In this document: piece after piece, positions 27,819 through 39,700 of the stretch
Numbering within the stretch: the stretch's first letter is position 1
How the letters are laid out: each line of letters starts with the position of its first letter
NCBI RefSeq assembly: GCF_964204645.1
Contig: NC_134033.1
Location: forward strand, 10,982,655 to 11,046,654
Direction of reading: 5' to 3'
Length of the DNA: 64,000 bases
Source of the DNA: Tubulanus polymorphus
Lineage: Eukaryota; Animalia; Nemertea
Program-made: the position numbers and the translations under genes
Notes under the pieces: generated by a model
Databases searched by the model: none
Seen by the model: only the letters and a program-made list of their open reading frames with translations
Told to the model about the DNA's origin: nothing

Positions 27819-29792
27819 TTAGCGACACGAGAAAATGTTTAATGAGGCAGTAGTTTGAATTTGGCCCATGGAATAGCAACATCCAATATGAACACCTAGG
27901 GCCTCACTATGTTACACGCTGTTGCTCTTGCAGAGAATATATTCGCTGCTACGTGAAGATAATAGCAGCAGCAGCAGCAGCAGCCGGGAGCTCTAAAAAC
28001 ACTCTTTTAGAAAATCGAAAGAATATATTTCTGCGTTCATAAAGGTTTCAAATACGTATGAGTATTCAATAACTCTATAGATTCCCCTTGAAATACTCTA
28101 CTAGAAAGTATTCGAACATACTTTCGATCTATCGTTGGTCAATAGGCGGCAATCTAATCTTGGAACTCGGTTATTTTCACTCCGTAGATTCAGTCATTGC
28201 AGAGACAGGATCCGGTGACCGATTCACTATGAGTAAACCACACGCGTCAAACTTTCCAACAAATTCGGCCGATTATTCACTATTCAAGTGGGTTGATGTT
28301 GGTAACCGAATAACTGCCGGTTACCGACGGTTACCGATGTGATGCCGAGCTGAAGATGAAATTTGACGCGTCGTGCCTCAATAATTTATGACTCGCGACG
28401 CATTCAACAGGAGTCAGTTTCATCGGCGATGATGACATATTAGGGAATTTAATACTTGTTATGAGGTGCTCGGTATTCACTGTATGAGCGTCTTGTATGA
28501 TTTTTCCAACAGACAAACGACATCTAGTTTCATAGAGTGCCGTAGCATGAAATTATAAGTGAAATGCTGTGGTAATTCGGGTTTGTAGTTTATGCTGTTC
28601 TAAGAGACCGATCCTTGTTGAAAGTTGCCGAGTGGATTGTAATTCAGGGGCTCGCTGAGGGCTGTTTCTGCTCCAAACACATGGCAGGCATATAGACATA
28701 CAGATATAAGATCCAGTTTTATTTTGTAGCCACTTCCTTCTTGGCGTTTAAATCTGGGGATTTACGAAAAAAAAGATTACAAATCTGCTATTCCACTTGT
28801 GGATCCACCAATCAGCTTTTAATGGACATCAATGCTGCATTTCTTTTTTACGTATGAAAAGGTCATTGTTTAGTTTATGCTGAGGCATGATTCGTCTAAT
28901 TCTGGGTAAAAATTAGCTGAATTTCCTTAGAGTGTCGCGGGAGCAGCATCTAGTGGGATAACCCGGTCGCATAGCGGGATAGTGCATTGCTGTATCGATG
29001 CAATTCCTATAATAAAGTCTCTGACGATACAATCCAATCATGAAACCACCGGTTAGATTCAATCCTGCCGCTGCCGGTGCATGATTTATTTTTCGTGTGA
29101 AATCGTTTTTTAAGTAAGGCAGTAATTAATCATAGTATCTCCAGAGCGCCAAGGAGCATTACGCGTTCCGCTCGGCGTGAAGGTGCGACTGCTCTTCAGA
29201 CTCAAATTTGATTAAAATCGTCTCCCGTTTGCTGTCATCGCTGTCTGCCGTAATAACTTATTGATAAATAAGAAACAATGTGTTCAGACAGATTTATTCG
29301 CGATCACTCTCTTTTCGGTCATGTGTCTGCTTCAGCGGCGGTTGCCGTCGACAACGATGAATCAATCGAGATTTTAATGCGTATCGCGCGCGTGCAAAAT
29401 GAAACCGGATTATAACCTGATGATGAAATAATTTCTTTTCCGATTCCATTTTGAAATTGTTACTTTTGAAATATCGAAATTTAACGATCCTACGATCATT
29501 AATGATCATATGAATATTAAACCTATCGGAAAAAGATCATTAGCGATCATTAACAATTCATCGCAGCTTGTCCAGTTCAGATAAGGTACTCACAAATTAC
29601 CCTCTAACATCACAACTTCTGCATGAATTGAAAATTATTTAAGTTTTTGAAGGCAATATCCATCATTGCGATCGTTTCCGGCCTTTTCGCCCCATTTGTT
29701 ACGTACATCAAATGTAGAGTCTTTTAAATTAGTCATTTAATCAGTTCGTATTCTTCTGATCGAGTTCATAGATGGTTTAGAAATCGAGAAAG

Positions 29793-30083
29793 TTATGGAC
29801 GTAAAACTGATGGCTGAAATTAATGTTTATGCTCTGTGTTTTTTCTCTTTCATAAACTCACAAAAATCGCACACCTATAAAACACTCGCGTGTGTGTGTG
29901 TGTTCACTGCTTGTCTCTACCTACCACATATACCACTGCATGCAACGCCTCCTAACACTATTCGCTCGCCACTGCTGCTTTCTCGACCACTACCAAAATA
30001 CTCGGGGTGCACCGACTGACCTCACTTGCCTGTGCTTGCTGCCGTTTTGCACACATACCGCGCAACACCACGCACACCAACAG
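29793..30083 (+). promoter_or_regulatory. 289-nt AG-exclusion zone with ~11 YGCY motifs and a TGCATG upstream of the frame-switch exon
   Basis: No AG between 29793 and 30081; candidate branch points TTAAT (~29820), CTAAC (~29952), CTGAC (~30016). Confidence 0.75.
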
Positions 30084-30199
30084 ACCCCACGACTGCCACC
30101 GCCTTGCTTTCGGGACAGACTTCACCGGTAACTGGTAGCACGGTTCAGCTTACCCACCATCACAATGCTAGCGTCCAATATTTTGACGAAAAAAGTCAG
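30084..30199 (+). CDS. mbl: Muscleblind frame-switch cassette exon (Y)PTTATALLSGQ...VQYFDEKSQ, phase 1 to 0; alternative donor ends exon at 30205 (+VQ)
   Basis: First AG after a 289-nt AG-free zone; open in the incoming phase-1 frame; donors CAG|gtacag (30200) and CAG|gtatcg (30206); 116 or 122 nt puts exon 32939 into the zinc-finger frame. Confidence 0.8.
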
Positions 30200-31440
30200 G
30201 TACAGGTATCGCTTTAACACGCCAAACGAGTTCCCACCAAACGTCTTAATTAGGTTTTTTTTCTGAAACACTTCACTGCTGAGGTCATACAACGCGATAG
30301 AGTACCTAGTCAATCAAATTATTTTGTCTCCAGAATTTAGATATTCCAAACTATCTTACTTTGTGTTTGGTATAGTTTTCATCGATAATTGATTTACTTA
30401 TTTACCTAGGAGAAAGTATGTTAGATTTTAATTGAAATATAAAAGAAGCAGAGGTAACTGGCAAACCTCACTTGCCACGAGGGAAATCCTCGATTGTGAT
30501 AGCAAGTTAGTCCTCATTTCTGGACAGCCTTACGATCGTCAGCACAAGGCAAGACCCCTGCATGAAAACCCCAGCAGTCGAAGTGTTAAGAATGAAACCA
30601 CATGCAATCAAGGTTTTCAATTACTGATTTCAAATACTTTTTTTCCACTTTCGAAACTTACATTACTCTATATTGTTAGTTCCACTTCAAATAGATTTGC
30701 ATAGCTAGAATGTTCTAAGACCTTTGGTGGGAACGCAAGCTTACATGAAGATTACAGGATCTGGATATGACTTCCTTTGATTTCGGATTTTGTATTTGAA
30801 ATCTCGGTTCTCAATTAGATTCAATCATCTCGGTGAATGGAAACTTCATGCATTTGTTTGTATTTGTAATTGTGGTGTTGGATGCTAACACCCTTTGTAT
30901 CGGTAACTCATACTCTTTCAATATCGATGACTTTACAATCATCGCTGAAATTGGAGAGTTTTAGATATCAACCCTGAGAACAATATTTGATACTGGGTCA
31001 AAATTCAATACCTAGGTGTGGGCAAATTATGATATATACCAAGGAACATTGTTGCTGTTCCCCAAGTTTGAGTGTGGTGGTTATTCTACTAATATAAACC
31101 ATTATTATTGCGGTATTCATAATGAGTTACTCGATGCATTGGGTTACTTTTATAAACTCATTCCCAGATTCACGAAAACGTTTTGCCAAATTCATAATTT
31201 GTTCAATTATACCAAACACAAATCAATCTATTCTTAAACATTTTCGTGAAAACTGAGACAAACAAGTTTTTCATTTCAAATTAATCCTTAACAGTTTATC
31301 AAATATTCCTTGCACAAAAGCATTACTTATTGATGCCCTCTCACAAAATGGCCTCAGAAATAATAGAATAATAATAACTCCTGTCTTGTGTGTTATACTA
31401 ATTTTGATATATTAACGAAACCCTTCGCTTTGCTACGCAT

Positions 31441-31457
31441 TGCTGCCCCCTGGTGGC
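31441..31457 (-). promoter_or_regulatory. CTCF consensus-like motif (GCCACCAGGGGGCAGCA on - strand)
   Basis: Close match to the bilaterian CTCF core; weaker matches at ~44028 and ~63740. Confidence 0.5.
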
Positions 31458-32938
31458 TGGTTCTAACCTTACCCACAACTGTTTGTCACACTAATGCACA
31501 TAGCTTGCTGCACGCCTTACTACATTCCAAAATTAGCGGATATACTTTTTGCATAAGCCAGGTCTGTTTATGCCGAAGAAGCAGCACCTGAACCAACGGA
31601 AAATATATAGATATCTGTTTGGATAATATTAATAAAATAGGTCGATAGAATAGATATACAGATTTTATCCTGCTAAACGCTAAACGCTGTTCCACTCGAG
31701 TGCACTTATTTTTTTTTTCCTGATGTCAAAGTCCTGATCGAGGTCGACTGATTGCAACTAACACCTTTTCCATGTTGCATAGGAATCTCAGGAGGTGTTC
31801 AACTTGCGGATCTCATCTGGAAAGCATCGTTCAAAATTTTTAAAGCTTCAAATTGTACTGATTGAATTTCTTGAGAGCGTGTCGTGCCGTGGAGTGTTTA
31901 TAAGGGAGTTTGATGTTTGTTTGATAAGAGGCGGAATCAAATATCCAGTAGGAAGGGGCATAGTATGCGCTGTATCTCGCTGTCTCAAATTTAGAGGAAA
32001 GATTTTTTGTCCACCATGCCACCAGCTATCCCCACAGTATAGATTAATACTAAGATTAGTTCATCTTCACTGGAACTGCGGCAAGTAAGGATCAACAAGC
32101 GGCCTTCAAAATCTTCTTCATTTCAGAACTCAAAATAATCCAGTTCTAAATTGTTTCTAAATGAACAAATTTTGACCCAAAAAATGCCGGCTGGTGGGAT
32201 AGCTGCGTTTGAGGCGGGATAGCTGTGTTTGAGGGAAGCCTGTCAATTCCAATCAGTGATTTCCATACCCAAAAATTGTATATGAAAATCATGATGATTA
32301 AGTTCCATTCACAAGTGAAGTACAGTTACAGTTTGAAGGTATTGATCGAAATTTGAGTTGGTTTGGCTGTTTAATATCTCACTACAGCCACTAGGCAGAT
32401 TCTTCACACTTGCTACAGTAGACTTGTAGGTATCTGATTCAAACGGTAAAAGGGAAATGTGAAGTCATGGCCTGCAGCAATATGTGTCATAGTGACTACA
32501 ACATCGTGGAAGGTTTATATCAGAACAAAATTCACTGTGAAATATTCTTTGTGCTAATAACATGTTTGCAGCCATATTGGAACCAGAAATTTCGTTAAGA
32601 TAAATTATTTTGAGGGATTTGGGGATTTGTGCCCATTTGCACAGTCTGGGCTGATGGCCCAAAGTGTTAAAACTGATCTGAAGTTATTAGATAGGATAAG
32701 AAGTAAGAAAAGCTAAGACTGGTCTTAAATCTTACTAAAAGTTAAAACATGTAAACTCCACTGAGAAACTAGTCTCCTGGGCCTAATTCTGTATGGTCCA
32801 TTTCCAAAACTGATCTCAGTTGTTACTTTTAGCCCATATACCGGTACATATAACAGCCCATCTATTACATTAACCCTGGTAGTTTTGTAAAATGTATTCA
32901 GTTATATGATTTCCGATTTATATTTCTATTTTCTATAG

Positions 32939-33023
32939 TTACTGGACACCATCCCGGTGTGCCGCGATTTTAAGGCTGGCCAGTGTTTGCGGCCACAATG
33001 CAAGTACGTTCACCTAGTTGAAG
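32939..33023 (+). CDS. mbl: Muscleblind dual-frame exon: phase 1 gives (F)TGHHPGVPRF* (TAA 32971-32973); phase 0 gives LLDTIPVCRDFKAGQCLRPQCKYVHLVE (CCCH finger)
   Basis: ttttctatag|TT and AAG|gtaagt; both frames give recognisable Muscleblind motifs. Confidence 0.92.
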
Positions 33024-33425
33024 GTAAGTGATTATTCTGGATAGATATGTTTACCTTAAGTTCTAAGGTTGATACATTTGTTTCTACGTCATTTTTGGTC
33101 TGAATTCTGAGGCCTGTAGCTTCTTAAAGGCTTGATGGGGGTATACTCTGGAAAGGGATCGTTCATGAAGGAACATATCAAGTAGATCTTTTGATGAATC
33201 AATTGTCAGGCAAACGCTGAAACTGTTGTGCATATTTATGATTATTGCAAGGTCATCCGTTTGTGTATTTGTTCATCACAGATGTTGATAATCGAAATTG
33301 TCAGATTGTGAAGCATTCGCATGCGCGATCATTGTGTCCCTGGATTCCCGGTTTTCCTAAAAAGAAAAATGTCGAACAAAAGGTTATGAGATAATTTTGA
33401 TAATAATGTTCTTTTCTTTCGGCAG

Positions 33426-33547
33426 ATTACGTTGAAGTTATGGATGGTAAAGTTACTGTGTGTCGCGATGCGGCTAAAGGAAAATGCACTCGACCGATGT
33501 GTAGATATTACCATATTCCTGCGGTAATGCCCCACATAATTCTGTGA
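33426..33547 (+). CDS. mbl: Muscleblind last coding exon (D)YVEVMDGKVTVCRDAAKGKCTRPMCRYYHIPAVMPHIIL* (CCCH finger)
   Basis: ttctttcggcag|AT, phase 1 matches the donor at 33024; Cx7Cx4Cx3H; TGA 33545-33547. Confidence 0.93.
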
Positions 33548-33694
33548 CTTCTGCAACCGTTCGTCATATCAATATTACTGAGATGATATAGGTGGCAGCA
33601 GCAGCACACAGGATATTCATTACACGACGACTATGATCTCTGCGCGAAAAAATACGTATGGATATATATGTATAATATATATATATGTATACCA

Positions 33695-33726
<32 letters not shown>

Positions 33727-36700
33727 TGATATTAAGATGGTTTATAATAATACTTAAGTATCGTATATCGATTGCGTGTTCATAAAGATTTGATAAATAC
33801 TACTAAGACAAGGCTAATGCCAGTTCGTATTCTGATGTCTACTTGGCCATTCAGCGAATTCTCAAGCGCCACCTCTTGGAAGAACAGTCCAATGTTTAAG
33901 AAAACTTCTATATCCACATCTGGAACTAACCTATACATTTATTCATTCGACTAGTTTAAGAGAACGGCGCTTTTTTTAGGAAGGACGACTGTCTGAATTT
34001 TTTCTAAATCGAGTGGCTGAATTTTTTAGCAACTTCATCATTTGAACAAATGACGAAATTAGGTTTTTGTAATTTTTTCTATGAGAGCTAAGGGAAAAAG
34101 GTTGACGCGATGGAACCATAGCTTATCGGAGTGAAGTAACTCTTCATTTCAGCTCACTATCATTTTGAGTGAAATATAATCGGAATTATATTTTCGGAAT
34201 ATTTGAATCTATGTCCAACGAGTTATCTTAACTGTTCAATTCAAAATTTCTTCATTTTCAATTAATCATTTAATGCTTGTTTGGATTTTTTATACAGTGC
34301 ATTTGTTCTCATCTTTAAAACTAGTATTTAATGTTAATAGAACTGAAGAAAAATTGACTCCTCGAACTAGATTTCAACTAATTTATTCCTAAAAGTATAT
34401 CTTCCGACAAAAGACAACTAGACTAGTTTTATGAAAATTCTATGATACAACAAAATTCAACGCTGCAAACTTTTTTTTGAAATATTTTTCTAGATAGACT
34501 TACTCGCTCCGATTGTTATTTAAATGTGATAAAATTAACGTTCTTTCCAACTCGTCCTTTTGAATTTTTCATACTCGTATTTATTTTCTTATTTGTGAAA
34601 AGAAAAAAGAATATGTTCAATCAATGCTGAAACTGGTTTTGTAAATTGTGCACGCGTTGATTTACACGCGATAAGAAAGCGAGGAATCGGTATCAGTGAC
34701 AGACGGATTTATGTATAAAAATGGAAATATTCAGCTGAAAAGTCGATGGGAATTATGAATTGTCAAAATAAGTGTGTAGTTTATAAGATTAGATTCTTAG
34801 GTTGCCTAGCAACCGGCCCTGAATTGTGATCACATGATCTGAAACAGAAATTATTATCCAATCAGAAATGGGTATATATCGAAATATTCCACTCATTCAC
34901 TGTGTTGACATAGTCAACTAGAGCTGGGCCTGGGCGCTATACACATCAGAGCCTGCGCGCTGTACACATCAGAGCCTGCGCGCATAGTTATGACTTCTTT
35001 ATTGTCAGGATTAAGATTGGTCTTAATTTGTTAGGGATTTGTAGATGGCGTAAATTTGGTTCAAACCAAACCAAAAGTCTTTTTATGGAATCGAAATGAG
35101 CTAGGATCGGTCTTGAGTTTTAAGTCGTGACTGTGTAAACTGAGCTTTAGGCATCAAATGCACCGTAGCGCTTGTGGCTTTCGAATTCGTGCTGGGAAGA
35201 AATTTGTATTTTTAGAATCGACAGTCTATTCGAGGTAGAGACGAGATGAATGAGTGTACGTTTTCAACCACAGTAGAATACCAAATTTGTCTTCCTTTTT
35301 AAAAAAAAAGAAAATTGCGTTGCATGACTAGTGCCAGATGCGTATGTTGCTTGTATATTCTTTTCGTATCGGTATATCAATAGTTTATTGACATAAATCG
35401 ACGTGTAGAAAATCTTTGTGTTCATCTGTTATATACATAAAAAATCTCGCATTGTCAAATTCTGCGGTTTATATCGCATGAATCGCAAAAGTACCACTAC
35501 CACGCCATTAGCACCACATTCGCTGCTTAAATGCGCCAAAAATGGCCACGCTTCGGGCGCGGTATAGTGCCGAGATACCACACATCGCAATGAAGTATGT
35601 CTAAGCAAATTTTTTCAATCCAGTCGACTCGCGATTTGAAATTGATGTTCTATTTTCTCTCTCCATATTAAAACAAGAATTTAACGTATTGACTTATATG
35701 TAAAGTTCATGATTTTTATAACGAACTCTGGTGCTCTCTGAAGTGATGCATTTATAAAATTTCTAACATTTTTTCCGAGCACTAAATTCTTCATGTATCT
35801 AGGCATCGAGTCATTCGCAAACGAATATTTTACCGCGTTAATTGCTGCAGTGCAAATAATGTCCATGCAGTTTCTGCAAATCAGGAAAAAAATATGTTTG
35901 AAACATTTATGAAAATTCAATCGCTCGTTGATGAGGGGATATTTACCTGCCCGATCGTGCCTGCCTTCTGGTAGTGGGAAAAAAATCAGTTATGAATTTA
36001 GCCAGTGAATTTCGGAATTGTGAGATGACTCAAAGCAACAAGTCTGCGCTTCTAGGTCTGTACCGATTACAATCGCTAAGAAAAACATAAGTCGTGATTA
36101 CATGTGCTGCCCCCTATTGATTACCGTGGAAACCAATTGAATCCGCAGCCCTCTATTGATTATATGAGCGATCGATGTGTTGCCCCTATTGATTTCCATG
36201 GTAACCAAAATGTTGGTTACCCCGACGACCGCATCAGTGTTGGTTATTATAATATTGTACGAGTGCTAAAAAGTTAGTAGTTATCGAATTAGTAAATAAG
36301 TTTTTAATTAATCGATTAATTGTATCTAATTATTATAATTTAATTAAGTAATTAATTAGTGTAAAATAATTGAAAAAAAACGAGGAAAATGCTCTGTGTG
36401 TATTGAATATAGTCGAACGTGTTTGTATGAGCCGTTAATATTTAACAGACACGTGGATCCGTCGTGAATTATGAGAAAATGTGCCATAAAAATCGCGTGA
36501 ACGCCATCTATTAGTAGTGAAATGTATCACATCGGCGTAACGCGATTGTAGATATTACGATTGTGCTATTGTTTCATTCTTGTGAATAAGAAAATTTTAC
36601 AACTTTGCTAATTAGTGTATCTTTTTAATAAGCAAACGGATGATTATCAATTGATTTTAATTATTTCGCGATCTTAAGAAATTTTTCTTGTCTTTTTTTT

Positions 36701-39700
36701 TTTACTCGATATCAAACTTTAAGTCTTCAGAAAAAGTTGGCCGCCCTAGCCCCTATCCTTCCCGGTCCGTGCATGCACACCCCATTTGATATGATTCCTG
36801 TTTGCTCTATTTTTTCGTGGTCGAAATAAAAGAGTGATTTGAAAAAGGTTGAAGATGGAATAAATTGGAATATTTTGTTTGATGATTACCTGAAAGTGAG
36901 AGTGTTAAATTAATCCCAACCTATGTTTAGTGTGTACAACTACTTTGGACATTTTAATGTATTTGACACATCTATTTTTAGCAAATTTCAATATTGACAC
37001 CTTAGGTATATTTACATGTACGTGGCCTGGTTGTGATTTTAGTGGTTATTGTATTTTTAAAACAATTTTAACCGATATTTTTAATTACATTTAGTAAATG
37101 AGTAGTAAATGACTGAACCGTTTTTAATCCCCGGAAAAAAGTTACCGATTGTGATTTCTAATTGTGCCATATGACTTAATTAACCTCAGCAGGCCAACTT
37201 TATACATGTAGTCTGCTAGTAAATCTATCCCTTGGAACATTTGAAATGTGTCAGTTATTTATCTCCATGGTTACCATGGTAGTTAGCCACTAGGTCTTAG
37301 TTGTAGCAGGGTCCACTTCCACAGTTCTGAGTTAAGATTTGACCCTGGGTTAAAACATTGAAAATGAACTAACTTTAACTCTGAGTTAACTCTAACTCAC
37401 AACTGTGGAACTGGGTCCTGGTCGATAAGTTTGATATCTTTGACCCGGTCCCACAGTTGAGCGAGTTGAAGAACTTCTACGCCGGAGTTTAAGTAATCAT
37501 ACTATATTTTAAACTCGGGGCTTACTCACGACAACTGTTGAATCGGATCCTGGTCTGTTAAACTGGCCTCCAAATGTCGGATGACTTTTTACTGAACATT
37601 TCGATATAATTAAAATATTTGATGTAAAAAATTAGTGCCATACTCTTCACTTTGTCGTTGTTACGATGTTGTCAGTGCATTAGAATTTGAACCAGTTGCC
37701 TAGCAACTTATCAGAAATATTGAAATAGAAAACTTTTTCGCTGTCACAGTATTCAAGCTACATATGCCCGATTTGTGTGAAAAATTGAAAAGGTTTTAGC
37801 CCTAAAAACCTAGAAATTGAATAGCAGTTGCACGATGTGGAATTAAGTACACACATATGGTCTTAGATTGGCTAAACTAACCTAATGTGGTTTAGACTAG
37901 TCGTATGTTAAAACATTGACTGTGCAACTGACCTTTAGATTTTATTCAAAATCCTAAGTCCTTAGTTGTTATATTGGCTATATAACCAAAAAGGTAATGA
38001 CTTATGTCAAAAAATTGTTTCGAATCTTAAGACTGGTCTTAAGTTGTTAGGAGTAATTTTTATGTCATTACATACATTATATTGTATAAATCCAGAAAAG
38101 AGTGGCATTTTTCAACAACAAAAAATGAATTTTTTCTCTTGATTTCTATTTGAAAGCTGCAGTCTCATTGAATTTTTGCCATGAAGGCATTTATATTTTC
38201 ATGAATTAAAAGTGACCTTTATCAAAATATTCTCAATTAAAGCACGTGTGTAATCTTTTTTTTAACGTACAGGGTTTTTCAGATTAGATTGAAAAATATG
38301 GTTATTCAGTGTAAAAAGGTTGTCTAATATGGAGATTGTATATTGTTTCTTTTTTCTTTTATGATAAAGCACTCCTGCCTGAAAGGCGACTATATACTAG
38401 TATAGTGCAGTGCAGTGCACTAACTTTTTGTATGAAATGTTGAATTTTTTTATTTTGTTGTAAAGCCAAGTCGTATATGGTGCCGATAACCGATTCAACT
38501 GATTTCAACTAGTTGTAGAAAATTTGAGAAATGTTGCCTTCGATTTGCGTTCTACTGGAAGCAACTGGTTACCAGCAACTCATGTCAAGTTGCGTTACAA
38601 AAAACAGTAGAGCAGTTGCTGTTATTCACTTGGATGACTCATAGTAAGATGGCAATTGGTATTTGTTGAATACAATCATTATGGCACCATCTACGCTTGG
38701 TTTGATAATATTTGAACATAATGTATCCTGGAATCTTTGGCGAATATAGGCTACACAAGTCGAAGACCAGATGTACCTAGAAAGTGTGGTAGTTCATAGT
38801 GGTTCGTTCTCTCAAAAAGCCTCAGCGTGAAATGATTCCAGGTTGTTTATGTTGTACTCTGCCAAAACGAATTATTTTAAAGAAAAGGTCGATTTTGTAG
38901 CAGTTTGTAAATATTTGCAAAGAAAATTCATATGAAAAATTCTTAAATGAATTTTTATATTATATTATTATTATATATTATCTTAGGTCATATATTTTAG
39001 ACTGTACTAAAAAACCGTAGATGTTTAGTTTGAAACAAACTTGTGAAGTATTTGATTCGTTTCCCCAAACTTTGAGTACTTGAGTCAGCGGGTGTAAACA
39101 CCTGCTCTCAGTTACCTGACGTTTGGATTTTGAATAATATGCGTCAAACGCACACAATGCCCCCTAGAAATGTGCTATATTCTCAATTGTTGAACTGTTG
39201 AACGAATTAGTGGAAATTCTTTCTTAAGAAAAAAAGAATTTCAGCAGAAAAAACCTTATGTATGGACATAAACGTGAGATGTGTAAATTTAGCTATATTA
39301 ATACTAATATCGATAGTTATTGAATATGTAATATTAGAGGAAGACATTAAATGTTCTTCGTGAGACACGTTCTAGAATAATATGTTTAAAAAAGCAAATA
39401 ATGTCGCAAGAACTCTTTTTTCAACTTGAGGAAAGAGCTTCGGTGTAACGTGTGACAACACGCTTATTATTGGCTATTGTGCTAAATGATCGAACACGAT
39501 AAATATATATAGTTAAAATGTATATATATATATGTTTATCAAAGCTTTCTGTGTGCTTATTTGCCGTGGGACTGTCAAACAGTCCGAAGCTTATTTAATC
39601 TATGTATACAGCGTTGCTACCGCTTTGAGAGATAATATATCATGATACGGACCTTATTCACGGGATGTCACAGGGCGTCATACTGATCCCCACCGGCAAC

